Positions 1-10,302 of a stretch of DNA of 64,000 bases are shown here, in pieces. Origin of the DNA: Myxococcota bacterium (GTDB taxonomy: Bacteria > Myxococcota_A > UBA796 > SXON01); assembly GCA_040386535.1 (NCBI GenBank), contig JAZKFH010000030.1, positions 58,543 through 122,542 on the forward strand, written 5' to 3'. How positions within the stretch are numbered: the first letter of the stretch is position 1; each line of letters begins with the position of its first letter. The notes beneath the pieces are model-generated. The model had not been told where the DNA came from. It saw nothing but the letters and a program-made list of their open reading frames with translations, and searched no databases. A program made the translations under genes and the position numbers.

Positions 1-1701
1 GCGGTCGTCGAACAGCCCGAGATCGGCCTCCGCGTAGGGCGCGACGTTGAGCGACACGACCGTGTACTGGTCGGACGAGACCTGGTCGGGCGGCGGCTGC
101 CCGAACACGACCATGTCCCCCTCGCGTGCGGGCACGGCAATCGAGCCCTCCCGCGCGATGTCCGAGGCGCTGACGAGGGCGTCCACGCCGGCCTCGGCGG
201 TGAGGAACGACGTGACGCGCGAACGGTAGCTGGCCCGCAGGCCCGCGAGGCGCACGTCCTGGGAGATCGAGGTGTCGACCTGCCCGAAGCGTGCCACCCG
301 ATCCGATTGGTCGGCGCCGACGAACAGGAGCGCGGACACCGTGCCGCCGTCGCCGAGGTCGTGGAGGTAGCGCAGGGAGACGCGCTGGAACGCGGCTGAC
401 TTCGCCTCGGAGGCCTCGCGCGCGGGGTCCGGGTTGGGCGAGGTGCGCTCGGTGTAGTCGGAGGAGAGCAGCCCGGTCAGATCGAGGGTCTCTCCGGGGC
501 CGAGCCGCACGCCGACGCGCGCCTGGGCGTCGTAGTAGTGGGGGATCGGGAAGTACTCCTCCACCTGCGGGTAGAGCGACGAGAGCAGCGGCCCGACGTA
601 GCCGTAGCGCCCCCCGGCGGCGTAGCTCACCTTGTCCCCGATGGGCCCGGAGAGCGAGGCGGCGGCGTCGTAGAGGTCGGCGGAGACGGCGCCGTTGGTC
701 TCCTCCGCGAGGCCCTTCGTCTTGACCGACACGAGCCCGCCCAGGCCGCGGCCGTAGCCGGCGCCGTAGCCGCCGGGCACGAGCTCCACCGACTTGACCA
801 GCTCGGAGCCCATCACGGATCGCAGCCCACCGTCGTGGTAGAGCCGCGGGACCGGCACCCCGTCGATGTACACGCCCGTGTCCTCGGGCGCCGCGCCCCA
901 CACGACGAGCGCGCCGGTGCCGAGCGAGGCCCGCGCCACGCCCGGCATGTTCTCGACCACCTTGAGCACGTCGCCCTGGGTGCCCGGCACCTTCCGCGCC
1001 GCGTCGGCGGCGATCTCCGTGGAGAACGCCTGTCGCTTGATCGTCGGCGCCGTCACGAGGATCTCGAGGTCGTCGCCCTCCTCGCCTTCCTCGGCCAGGA
1101 ACACCTCGTAGATGGTGTCCAGGCGCTCGCCGGCCACGAAGGTCTCGTCGGTGGAGAGCGGCGTGAGGCGCGGCCCTTCGAGCGTGACCTGCGTCGCGCC
1201 CGGGGGGATCTCCTCCACCACGAAGCGCCCCGCGGCGTCGGTCACGACCGAGCGCCCGTCCGCGAGCGTGACAGTCACGTCGGGCACCGGCACCTTGCGC
1301 TCACGGTCCATCACCACGCCCGCGAAGGTCGCCGTCTCGATGGCGGCGACGCGCTCGACGAAGTCGTAGCGGTAGAGGATGCGGACGCGCGCGGGGACGC
1401 CGTCGATCTCGGCGGGCGAGAAGCGGAACTGCCGCGCGGCCTCTACCGCGGCGGCGTCGAAGGCCGGGCCGGCCGACTCCTGTACGGTCACGTCCTCGAC
1501 CGCCCCCTCCGCGCCGATTGTGACCGCGAGCACGACGGAGGCGGTGCGCCCCGCCTCCTCCGCGGGAAACGGCGCCTCGACGAATTGGAGCAGCTCGGGC
1601 GGCCGGGTGAGCGTGCCTGGAGCGGGCGCCTCGGCGTGGGCGAACGACGAGCAGGCCAGGACGACGGCGACCGCGGGGAGCCGCGCGAAGAGGGGAGACA
1701 T
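1..1701 (-). CDS. TonB-dependent receptor with N-terminal TonB-C domain (partial, runs off the left edge)
   Basis: Not in the ORF track because its stop lies outside the window. Manual translation from ATG at 1701 gives MSPLFARLPAVAVVLACSSFAHA (signal), then TonB-C (PPELLQFVEAPFP...FDAAAVEAARQFRFSPAEIDG), a carboxypeptidase-regulatory-like domain, and a plug (VPGTQGDVLKVVENMPGV...LVPGGYGAGYGRGLGG). Confidence 0.88.
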   Translation of the reverse strand, partial: MSPLFARLPAVAVVLACSSFAHAEAPAPGTLTRPPELLQFVEAPFPAEEAGRTASVVLAVTIGAEGAVEDVTVQESAGPAFDAAAVEAARQFRFSPAEIDGVPARVRILYRYDFVERVAAIETATFAGVVMDRERKVPVPDVTVTLADGRSVVTDAAGRFVVEEIPPGATQVTLEGPRLTPLSTDETFVAGERLDTIYEVFLAEEGEEGDDLEILVTAPTIKRQAFSTEIAADAARKVPGTQGDVLKVVENMPGVARASLGTGALVVWGAAPEDTGVYIDGVPVPRLYHDGGLRSVMGSELVKSVELVPGGYGAGYGRGLGGLVSVKTKGLAEETNGAVSADLYDAAASLSGPIGDKVSYAAGGRYGYVGPLLSSLYPQVEEYFPIPHYYDAQARVGVRLGPGETLDLTGLLSSDYTERTSPNPDPAREASEAKSAAFQRVSLRYLHDLGDGGTVSALLFVGADQSDRVARFGQVDTSISQDVRLAGLRASYRSRVTSFLTAEAGVDALVSASDIAREGSIAVPAREGDMVVFGQPPPDQVSSDQYTVVSLNVAPYAEADLGLFDDR

Positions 1702-1706
1702 CGGGC

Positions 1707-2384
1707 TCACAACGCGAAGCGGATGGCGACGGTGAAGGAGGAGGGGACGGCCTTGCCGCACCGCGTCGCGGGGGTGAAGGTGGCGCCACGGACGGCGGCA
1801 ACGGCCGCCTCGTCGAGGCCGTGGCCGAGGCCCTCGAGGACCTGGGCGGCGCCGATGGTGCCGTCGGCGTCGACCGTGAGCTGGACCCGCACCTTGCCCT
1901 CGATGCCGGCGGCGGTCGCCTCCTCGGTGTACGCGGGGCGCGGCATCGAGGTCGCCTTGGCCTTGACCTCGGCCTCGGCGCAACCGCCCTCGGACGCGGC
2001 GGGCGCCACGAGCGCCTTGACTGCCTGGCGTGTCGTGCCCGCGGGGGAGGGGGGCGCGATCGCCATTCCGCCCGGACCGCCGCCGCCGAGCGCGAAGCCG
2101 AGATCCGCGACCGCGGGGGTGTTGGAGGGAGGGGGTGCCGAGGGGGCCGCGGCGGGCGGCGCTACCCGGCGGGGTGCCGGGGCCGCGGGCGTGGGCGGGG
2201 GCGGCGGCTCGGCGGGCTTGGGAGGCGCTGGCGGCTTGGGCTTGGGAAGCACGACCGTCTGGAGCGCGACGACCTCGATCTTCGCCGCCGCCGGGGGCTC
2301 GGCACGGGAGAGCATCCAGCCCGCCGCCACGTGGACGGCGAGGCTGAGCCCATACACCAGCGTGGTGGGGTCGAAGCGCGGCAT
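1707..2384 (-). CDS. tonB: energy transducer TonB
   Basis: N-terminal TM with SxxxH (SLAVH), Pro-rich linker, C-terminal TonB-C (PAYTEEA..AGIEGKVRV...LDEAAVAAVRGATFTPA). Start reassigned to MPRFDP. Confidence 0.88.
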   Translation of the reverse strand: MPRFDPTTLVYGLSLAVHVAAGWMLSRAEPPAAAKIEVVALQTVVLPKPKPPAPPKPAEPPPPPTPAAPAPRRVAPPAAAPSAPPPSNTPAVADLGFALGGGGPGGMAIAPPSPAGTTRQAVKALVAPAASEGGCAEAEVKAKATSMPRPAYTEEATAAGIEGKVRVQLTVDADGTIGAAQVLEGLGHGLDEAAVAAVRGATFTPATRCGKAVPSSFTVAIRFAL

Positions 2385-2386
2385 CG

Positions 2387-2806
2387 TCAGTCCGGCTGCT
2401 CGACGCCGATGGCGTAGTGGGTGATCCCCGCGGCCTTGGCGAGGTCGATCACCTGCACCACGGCGGCGTGCCGCGCGGCGCCGTCGGCGCTGATCACGAG
2501 GTTCACGTCGTTGTCGGCGGTCCAGGCCTCGCGGAGCTTGCCGGCGAGCTGGGTGACGTCGATCGGGCTGTCCTGCCACCCATACGCCCCCTCGGCCGTG
2601 ACGGTCACGATCGCGGGTGTGGACGCCGAGCCCTCGCCGTTGCTCGCCTTGGGGAGGTCGACGTTCATGCTCTCGGCGACGATGAAGTTGGCCGACACCA
2701 TCATGATCACGAGCAGCACGAGCACGATGTCGACCATCGGCGTGACGTTGATCCCGACGATGCCGCCGCGGCCCCCCGGCCCGCTGGAGAACGACGTTCC
2801 TGCCAT
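2387..2806 (-). CDS. exbD: biopolymer transporter ExbD/TolR
   Basis: INVTPMVDIVLVLLVIMMV motif and ISADG..RH. Confidence 0.92.
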   Translation of the reverse strand: MAGTSFSSGPGGRGGIVGINVTPMVDIVLVLLVIMMVSANFIVAESMNVDLPKASNGEGSASTPAIVTVTAEGAYGWQDSPIDVTQLAGKLREAWTADNDVNLVISADGAARHAAVVQVIDLAKAAGITHYAIGVEQPD

Positions 2807-2809
2807 GGG

Positions 2810-3538
<729 letters not shown>

Positions 3539-3552
3539 GGGGGCCTCGGCGG

Positions 3553-4467
3553 TCAGGGAAGGGTCAGGGTGGTGACGTGGGTGCCGAGCGACGCGCCGCC
3601 GTCGGCCTGGGCCGCGAGGAGCGCGCCGCTCGCGACGTCCTCCTGCGCGACGGACCAGCTCCCGTCGGCCTCGTCCACCCGCTCGAACAGCGAGAGCGCG
3701 TAGTTCACCGAGCGCTCTCCGCATGGGGAGAAGAGGCTCGCGTAGACCTCGTAGTCGCCCGCGGGAGGCTCCTCTTCGAACACCAACGACTCGAGTCGGA
3801 CGGAGTCGATGACACAATTGGAATTCGAGTCCCGTGTCAACACCCCCTCGGTGGAGGTGTCCCCGTCCGAAGCGATCGGGTCGACCTGGGTGCTGGCCGA
3901 CTCGGAGCGGACGACCTTGCCCGCCGGCGTGACGACGACCAGGTCGAGATCGACGTCCGTGTCCCACGACAGCGACAGGATCGTGTGCTGCGGCGGGGTC
4001 TCCGGGTCACAGGCGGCGTAGTTCTTGTCGGCGTAGTCCGGCAGGACACAAAGCGTGGCGTCGTACCGCGGGCCCGGATGGCCGCCCTCGTCGAGCGCGA
4101 CGAACGAGATGGTCTGGAGGCCGTAGGGCACCTCCCGCGTGAAGTCGACCGTGAGATCGAAGAGCAGGTTGTTGTCCTCGGTCACGTCGGGACCGTCGAC
4201 CGGCACGACCCAATACCCGCTGCCGACGTCCGGCACGGCGACGGCGATGGAGTACGCCTCGGTGCTGGCAAGGCCGCTGTACCCGGCGTTGGCATCGCCC
4301 TGTGTCACGACGTAGCCCACGCTCGACACGTAGATCACGTTGGGGGAAGCGGCGGAGTCGTCCGTGGGGAGCTCGCCCGGCTGGAACGTCCCCGCGCGCA
4401 CCTGCACGGGCTCGGACGCGCCGCTCGATTGGTCGTTCGACACACAGGCCAACAGCGCGACGATCAT
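3553..4467 (-). CDS. hypothetical lipoprotein (C-terminal YfaP-like beta domain)
   Basis: Lipobox LLAC; LSWDTDVDLDLVVVTP motif; ATG overlaps the upstream TGA. Confidence 0.65.
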   Translation of the reverse strand: MIVALLACVSNDQSSGASEPVQVRAGTFQPGELPTDDSAASPNVIYVSSVGYVVTQGDANAGYSGLASTEAYSIAVAVPDVGSGYWVVPVDGPDVTEDNNLLFDLTVDFTREVPYGLQTISFVALDEGGHPGPRYDATLCVLPDYADKNYAACDPETPPQHTILSLSWDTDVDLDLVVVTPAGKVVRSESASTQVDPIASDGDTSTEGVLTRDSNSNCVIDSVRLESLVFEEEPPAGDYEVYASLFSPCGERSVNYALSLFERVDEADGSWSVAQEDVASGALLAAQADGGASLGTHVTTLTLP

Positions 4468-5759
4468 CAGAACTCCACCTGTCCGCGCAGCGTCCATTGG
4501 TCGTTCGCGAGGTCCCGCGGCACGCCGAGATCGTCGCGGCCGAGGTGGTCGACCACGTAGTCGTATTGGAGCACGAGCCGTCCGAAGCCCGGGAGCTGGG
4601 CCGCGACCATCGGGGAGAGCGTCAGGACGCTCACGTCGGTGGGGACGAAGTCACCGCGCCGCGACTCGAAGACATCCGAGTTGGGATCGTAGAAGTCGGC
4701 CCGGAAGCCGAGCACGCCGTAACGTGTCACCTCCTGCACGGCGCCCGCGGTCCACGCGATCTCGCGCACGTCGTAGCCGGTGGACACCGGATCGGCGACG
4801 AGCCAGCCGCGGTCGAGGTTGCTCGCCATGGTCGCCTCGGCGAACACGCGCGTCCACCCGAGCGGGGTGTGCAATCCAACCTGGATGTCGGCGTTCACCG
4901 CCCATTGCTCGAACGTCGAGGAGGGGCTCGCCGCCTGCCCGCTCACGCCCACCAGCTCGTCGAGTGACACCAGGCCATTCTGGTTCCTGTCACTCCAGAG
5001 CAGCGTCGACTTGCTCTCTGGTGTGCCCGCGTGGAAGCCGCCGCCGTTGAGGTAGGAGACGCCCCCCGCGAGCTCGGTGCGGCCCTCCACGCCGGCCACC
5101 GCGCCGAGGCGCCCGAGGATCGTCTTGCGCGCGGTGTAGGCGAGCGCGTCGTCAGGCGTGTTTCGCAGGGGAACGCCGTTCTGTACGGCCACCACGAGGC
5201 GGATCGGGCCGAGGGCGCTCGCGAGCTGCACGCCGACATCGTTGTCACCCGGAAACAACGCCCGGGAGCCCAGGGAGCGCTCCGCGAAGTACCGCGCGTC
5301 GCTGTCCTCGGGCAGCTCGAAGCCGAACGGGATGTCGAACAGACCCGCTGTGACGCCGACCAGCGGCGGCCTGTCACCCCGCGCGTTCGGCAGGAAGAGG
5401 GAGAGCTCGGCGCCGCTCGGGCTGACGTGGGGCCCGTCCACCGTGTTCAGGTCGAGCTCCACGCTCGTGCGGGCGTACTTGAACCAACGTTCCACCTTCA
5501 CGCGCGCCCGACGCACCAGGAACCGGTCCTGGTTGAGCGGCGCGCCCTCGACCGAGACCTCGTCCTCCGAGAGGTCGGAGAACACGACCTGGGGCTGCAC
5601 GTAGCCGGACACGCGCAGATCCAGGACCTCCCACCACTTGGGGGCGGCGGGCGTGGCGACGGGGGTGGCCTCGACCTCGATCTCCACGTCATCCGCGCGC
5701 GCGACGGCGGTGGAGACGAGGAGGAGAGCGCTGACGCGAGCGGGAAGAGCGAGTGTCAC
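4467..5759 (-). CDS. outer-membrane porin, OprO/OprP (phosphate-selective)-like
   Basis: SGYVQPQ...FLVRRARVK, GLFDIPFGFE, beta-strand pattern, C-terminal Phe (QVEF); start approximate. Confidence 0.7.
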   Translation of the reverse strand: MTLALPARVSALLLVSTAVARADDVEIEVEATPVATPAAPKWWEVLDLRVSGYVQPQVVFSDLSEDEVSVEGAPLNQDRFLVRRARVKVERWFKYARTSVELDLNTVDGPHVSPSGAELSLFLPNARGDRPPLVGVTAGLFDIPFGFELPEDSDARYFAERSLGSRALFPGDNDVGVQLASALGPIRLVVAVQNGVPLRNTPDDALAYTARKTILGRLGAVAGVEGRTELAGGVSYLNGGGFHAGTPESKSTLLWSDRNQNGLVSLDELVGVSGQAASPSSTFEQWAVNADIQVGLHTPLGWTRVFAEATMASNLDRGWLVADPVSTGYDVREIAWTAGAVQEVTRYGVLGFRADFYDPNSDVFESRRGDFVPTDVSVLTLSPMVAAQLPGFGRLVLQYDYVVDHLGRDDLGVPRDLANDQWTLRGQVEF

Positions 5760-5853
5760 AGGAACCTGGGTGCCAGGTGGGGGCACTGCACGAGGCGTGC
5801 CAGACAAATCACGCAGGTTGCTGCGTGGACCACACAAACGAGCCGTGAAGGGC

Positions 5854-5907
5854 CCCAGGGAGCCGTGACGGCTTCACGGTCGCGCGTCACAGTCACGGCT
5901 CCCTGGG
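5854..5907. terminator. perfect 16-bp inverted repeat (hairpin/terminator or RNA stability element)
   Basis: CCCAGGGAGCCGTGAC (5854-5869) pairs with GTCACGGCTCCCTGGG (5892-5907), just downstream of the stop at 5914. Confidence 0.6.
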
Positions 5908-5913
5908 CGACGC

Positions 5914-6267
5914 TCACTCCACGGGCGGCAGCGGGTCTCCCTCGCGCCAGGTGCCCTCCGGGATCCTGTCCGCGTTCACGAACGAGGCGTGGCCGACGTC
6001 GGTGCACGCGTTGAGGAACTCGAGCGAGTCGGCCGAGGGCGCCGTGGGCGGGTCGCAGTCGTAGCAGGTGCCGCTCTCGGACTCGACCCAGCACGACGGG
6101 TCGTCGGTGTCCGTGTCGGTATCCGTGTCGGCGTCCGTGTCCGTATCGGTGTCCGCGTCGGTGTCCGTGTCGGTGTCGGTCTCGGTCTCCTTGTCGGTGT
6201 CCGCGGACGTGCCGGGGTCCTTGCAGGAGAAGAGCGTGAGGAGGATCAGGAAGGGAAGAGTGCGCAT
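5914..6267 (-). CDS. small Cys-containing lipoprotein with Asp/Thr repeat linker
   Basis: MRTLPFLILLTLFSC lipobox, DTDTDTDADTD run, C-terminal CYDC...FLNAC. Confidence 0.75.
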   Translation of the reverse strand: MRTLPFLILLTLFSCKDPGTSADTDKETETDTDTDTDADTDTDTDADTDTDTDTDDPSCWVESESGTCYDCDPPTAPSADSLEFLNACTDVGHASFVNADRIPEGTWREGDPLPPVE

Positions 6268-6268
6268 T

Positions 6269-7555
6269 TCAGCGAGCCTCACAGAAGCCGGAGCGGCAGA
6301 CGTCCGTGCCGGAGCACGGGGTGGCCTCGTCACACACGTCGCACGAGCTCGCGCCGGTGGTGGAGTAGTCGAAGTAGCAACCGCAGGGCTCTTCCGGAGC
6401 GTGGGCGTACAGGGGGCCGACATCCCCGTCCCGCTGGACCTCCATCGCGCACTGGGGGATGTTCTTGTTGAGGATCGCCGTCTCGGTGATCGTCTGGATC
6501 GTCCCCGCGGGTTGGACGGCCCCGGAGAAGTAGTCCAGGAGCGCCTGAACGCTCTCGTCCGCGGCCATGCCGGTCGTGGTGTCACCGTGCGCGTAGAGGA
6601 AGCCCGGCATCCACAGGGGATAGTGGCCGTCGCGCACGTTCCGCTTGTCGTAGGAGGTGGCGCTCGAGTCGGGCCAATACGCCACGTTCTGCCCAGGGGC
6701 CTTCCACGCGAGCGTGTTCACGCTGTCACGATTGGCGTCCGCCACGTCGGCGCTGGCGAAACCAATGCCCTGCTCGGGCTGGGCGAGCGCCGCGAGCAAC
6801 GCGACCGAGTTTGCGTTGGTGCCGGCGTCGGTGCCGTAGAAGCTCGTGCCCGGCAAGCCGCTGGCAAGCGCCAGGATCTGCTGGGCGGCGGAGTTTTCGT
6901 CCCGTCGGACGTAGTAGCTGAGGTCCGCGTTGTTCCACGGGGCGATGTCGGCGGCCGGCCCGAAACCGAACACGAGGTAGAACGCCTCGGCGCTGATGGC
7001 CTGCTGGGTGGAGGCCTCGGGGACGAGCACGCTCATCGCCGAGATCGGCCCGGTGGCGGTGACGATGCCTTCGACGAGGGAGGCGTCGGTGATGAGCGGG
7101 CACGCGAACGGCGTCACGATCATGCTCGCGAAGTCGACCGGCGCGCCCGACAACGGCAGATCGCAGGAGGCCCGCGAGCCGGTGGTCGAGTCCCAGTAGT
7201 AGGCGGTGCCCGTGATGTTCGGGTCGGCCGTGCCGGCCAGCGCGTTGATGCCCGAGCAGGCGCCGCCGTTGTCCTTGTAGACGAGGAAGACGGGGTTCTC
7301 CCCGTTCTGGAGGACCACGGAGGCCCGGCCGAGCAGGTCGCGTTGGGCGCTGCCGCCGGCGCCGTAGAGGGTGGGCGCGCCGCCGGACACGTCGGCGCAG
7401 TCGATCGCGTGGGCGGGGAAGGGGAGGAGGAGCGCGAGCGTGGCGCCCGCGAGCACCCCTCGGCATCGAGCCGACAATTCGTACACAGAAGACTCCGTTG
7501 GTTTGTGTCGCGCGCCAGGGCGGGCGGCGATCCGCTGCCGGGCCTGTGCAATCAC
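6269..7555 (-). CDS. PstS-like periplasmic binding protein with Cys-rich C-terminus
   Basis: GAGGSA, RRDENSAAQQ, GIGFAS and NVRDGHYPLW resemble the PstS/PBP_like fold; true start probably downstream of 7555. Confidence 0.6.
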   Translation of the reverse strand: MIAQARQRIAARPGARHKPTESSVYELSARCRGVLAGATLALLLPFPAHAIDCADVSGGAPTLYGAGGSAQRDLLGRASVVLQNGENPVFLVYKDNGGACSGINALAGTADPNITGTAYYWDSTTGSRASCDLPLSGAPVDFASMIVTPFACPLITDASLVEGIVTATGPISAMSVLVPEASTQQAISAEAFYLVFGFGPAADIAPWNNADLSYYVRRDENSAAQQILALASGLPGTSFYGTDAGTNANSVALLAALAQPEQGIGFASADVADANRDSVNTLAWKAPGQNVAYWPDSSATSYDKRNVRDGHYPLWMPGFLYAHGDTTTGMAADESVQALLDYFSGAVQPAGTIQTITETAILNKNIPQCAMEVQRDGDVGPLYAHAPEEPCGCYFDYSTTGASSCDVCDEATPCSGTDVCRSGFCEAR

Positions 7556-7817
7556 TGTGCCGTTCCAGCCAACCTCGCCTTTCTGGCAAGTCCGTCGAAC
7601 AGAGCCGTCGGCCTTCCCGGGCAGCCGTGTCGGGTCACGGGTGAGTAGCGCCGGCCATTGGTGCCGCGGATCAGCGGGCCCGACGCGTCGGCGATCAGCT
7701 TGCGGTTGGCCGCGACGAGCGCGCCGTCCTGCTACTCCGCGTGCGGCGTCGAGGTCGCCCGTGGCATCACACCCAGCGCCGCTGGCGACGCGGCTGGGCG
7801 CGGGCGTTCACCGATCG

Positions 7818-8339
7818 TCAGGCCGGCGGGGACAGGTAGCCGGCCACGCCCGCAAGCGCGTCTCGGCTCGCCTCCCACCGGACGCGCTCCCCGGCGAACG
7901 CCACCAGCGCGCCCGCGAACCTCTGCCATGCTTCAGGCAGCTGGGAGATCTCCCCCTCGATCGCCTCCCGGCCGAGCGCGGAGGCGCGCACCAGGGTGAC
8001 GGGCATGCCGTCGATGGTCAATCCTTCGGGCCGCGAAGCCGGAAGCGCGAGAGCGCCGAGCGTGTGGGCCAGCTCTTCCAGGTCGGCAGCCGACAGCTCG
8101 ATGCGCTCGTCGGCGATGGCGGGCTCGACCCAGGCGCGCGAGGGATCGGCGCCCGCCTGTTGGAGCCACGCCCAGATCTGGCGCTGGGGACTCACGACGC
8201 GTAGCGGCCCGCTGTCGACCACCTCGATCAGGCACTCGACCGAGAACGACGGCCGAAGGCACGCCCGCCAGGCCCGCCCACCGGGGAGCGGTTCCGCTCC
8301 CAGGAGCCGGGTGAGCTCGGCCGCGTATCGATCCCGCAT
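7818..8339 (-). CDS. hypothetical protein
   Basis: Directly abuts the upstream gene; plausible codon pattern. Confidence 0.5.
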   Translation of the reverse strand: MRDRYAAELTRLLGAEPLPGGRAWRACLRPSFSVECLIEVVDSGPLRVVSPQRQIWAWLQQAGADPSRAWVEPAIADERIELSAADLEELAHTLGALALPASRPEGLTIDGMPVTLVRASALGREAIEGEISQLPEAWQRFAGALVAFAGERVRWEASRDALAGVAGYLSPPA

Positions 8340-9353
8340 CTACTCCACCTCACACCGCGGCACGTTCCCCTCGCGCTCGAGGAGGCGCACACACTCCACT
8401 TCTCCGCTCACGTCGCCCCACGCGGTCGGGACCCGCACCCGGACGCGGCGCCCCTCCACGGACACGCGGGGGAGCCGCACGTCACGAAGGGTGCGGCCGA
8501 ACGGGGCCGTCGCGTCACTCCCGTGGAGGAACGCCCCTTTCGCGATCTCGACGAGCGACCCGGTGAGCGGTGGGCTCCCGCTGCCGCCGCCGAAGCCCAC
8601 CCCGTAGCCGGGGACGTCGCGCACCGCGTCGACCGGGACCCACCCGCGCGCATGTGCGGCCGTCGTGCGCACCTCGATCGGTCGCCAGGTCCCGCGCGCC
8701 GGCCCCGCCGCGAAGAGCAGCAGCGTGGTGTCGGCGCGCAGGGTCGCCAGGACGTCGCCCTCCGGCGCGTCGCGGAGCGAGACGGAGGCACCGCCGTCTG
8801 TCGTGTCGACGAGGGCGAGATCGGCGAACCGGCCGTCCATCGGCCACCGTGTGACCCGCCAGAGCGCGCCCAACGACGCGGCGGGCACCCACCCGTCGAG
8901 CGTGAGCCCCTCGTCACTCCAGGCGACCCGCAGGTCGCCCTTCGCCTTCGCGCCGAGCGTGACCGGCGTGCCGCCCGCGAGCGCCACCCCGCCGTCGGTG
9001 GGCGCCTTGCCGGCCTGCCCGCGGACGGGGGCGCGATCGTCTGGACGAAGCGCCAGGTCTTCGCGGCGAACCCCGACGACCACGCGCACGCCGCGATCCT
9101 CGTGCGCGACACGGACGACGGAGCCCTCGTCGGACACGACGATGGTGTCGAACGGCTGGGTGTCTCCGGGGGAGAACGTTCGTTTTCCCGGGTTCAGCTC
9201 GAACGGACCGATGGACGCCACGGTCGCCCGCCATGGGGTGTCGGCCGCGGGGGACGCCGCGGACAACGCGCCTGCGATTCGCGCGGCGGGCGTGGGAGCG
9301 TCGGGCCAGGATGCGGCGCTGGCGGCGGCGGCGAGGAGGAGGAGGAGAGTCAT
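8340..9353 (-). CDS. secreted hypothetical protein, possibly with SH3-like repeats
   Basis: Signal peptide; repeated ..GWVP.. motifs typical of bacterial SH3b. Confidence 0.55.
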   Translation of the reverse strand: MTLLLLLAAAASAASWPDAPTPAARIAGALSAASPAADTPWRATVASIGPFELNPGKRTFSPGDTQPFDTIVVSDEGSVVRVAHEDRGVRVVVGVRREDLALRPDDRAPVRGQAGKAPTDGGVALAGGTPVTLGAKAKGDLRVAWSDEGLTLDGWVPAASLGALWRVTRWPMDGRFADLALVDTTDGGASVSLRDAPEGDVLATLRADTTLLLFAAGPARGTWRPIEVRTTAAHARGWVPVDAVRDVPGYGVGFGGGSGSPPLTGSLVEIAKGAFLHGSDATAPFGRTLRDVRLPRVSVEGRRVRVRVPTAWGDVSGEVECVRLLEREGNVPRCEVE

Positions 9354-9446
9354 CGGAGAATGGTACGCCGCCTCGTCCGTGCCGCGCTACGGGTCGATCC
9401 GTGGCAGGACGGCCATGAAGACGATTCGCCGCCCACCCGAGGCAAC

Positions 9447-10289
9447 ATGAGCATCCTCTCGCTTCCGATCTACGACCGCGTGACCAGGGCCAACGTGGAC
9501 GCGCTTCTCCAAGGAGAGGCGCTGGCCATCTGGATCAGAGGATTCATCGGGGTCGATCATTGTGATCACATCTACGAGCAGGTTCGGATGGCGCCGCTCG
9601 AGCCGCTCCTCGTCCACTACACGCGGGAGGACGGCACCGCCGACTATCACACCCACGCGAATGTCCTCCGTGTGAGCGACGACCACCAGCTGGACGGATA
9701 TTTCGAGTTGCTCGGCGCCGCAGGTGCGCCCGACGCACAGCAGGAGGCGGTCCAGGCGATCATGAAGGAATATCTGTCCAGCGTGGACAAGGCGAACGAC
9801 ACGAACAATCGCCTGTGCGCCCCCTATCGCCGGCCCTGCGATGTCCTGTTCGACCACCTCGACGATACCTGCGGGATCAAGGTCGCCGAGTACAACGGCA
9901 TCAAGATGAAGTTCGGCACCTTCTTGCTGAACGAGAAATCCCCGGACTTCGACAACCCGGCCACGATCCCCATCCATGTCGACAGCGTGCCGTCGCTCCT
10001 GTTTCCGCGGCTCCAGGCGCAGCTCGGCGCGATGGTGTATTGTCGCGTTCCCAACGTGGGCGGCGAGCTCCGCGTGTATGACCATCCGCTGATCCCGCGC
10101 GATGCGCCGATGCCGCCCTACCTCGATCATTCGTACGCATATCGCTCCCTGAAGCCCTGCACTGGGGACGCGATCCTCATCAATTCGCGCCGTCCGCACG
10201 CGGTCCTACCCGGCAAGGATGACGATCGCCTCGCCAACATCATGTTCATCGGCTCGGACGGAAGTCGTCCGTTGAGCATCTGGACGTAG
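9447..10289 (+). CDS. 2-oxoglutarate/Fe(II)-dependent dioxygenase
   Basis: HVD...GGELRVY...GDAILINSRRPHAV...R facial-triad pattern; start MSILSLP. Confidence 0.8.
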   Translation: MSILSLPIYDRVTRANVDALLQGEALAIWIRGFIGVDHCDHIYEQVRMAPLEPLLVHYTREDGTADYHTHANVLRVSDDHQLDGYFELLGAAGAPDAQQEAVQAIMKEYLSSVDKANDTNNRLCAPYRRPCDVLFDHLDDTCGIKVAEYNGIKMKFGTFLLNEKSPDFDNPATIPIHVDSVPSLLFPRLQAQLGAMVYCRVPNVGGELRVYDHPLIPRDAPMPPYLDHSYAYRSLKPCTGDAILINSRRPHAVLPGKDDDRLANIMFIGSDGSRPLSIWT

Positions 10290-10302
10290 GGCGAGCCTGG
10301 AG

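Noticed and set aside
538..2424. Long plus-strand ORF of 628 aa, and similar long antisense ORFs (e.g. 11491-13377, 14762-17032, 46995-49442)
   Set aside because: Shadow frames opposite well-supported genes, common in high-GC DNA; no motifs
6104..6201. Asp/Thr repeat as a special repeat element
   Set aside because: Ordinary low-complexity lipoprotein linker
7560..7817. Possible gene remnant between the PstS-like gene and 7818
   Set aside because: Short protein-like stretch interrupted by a stop; no recognisable family
8523..9446. N-terminal extension of the 588-aa ORF
   Set aside because: Overlaps the minus-strand gene 8340-9353; protein-like sequence begins only at ATG 9447
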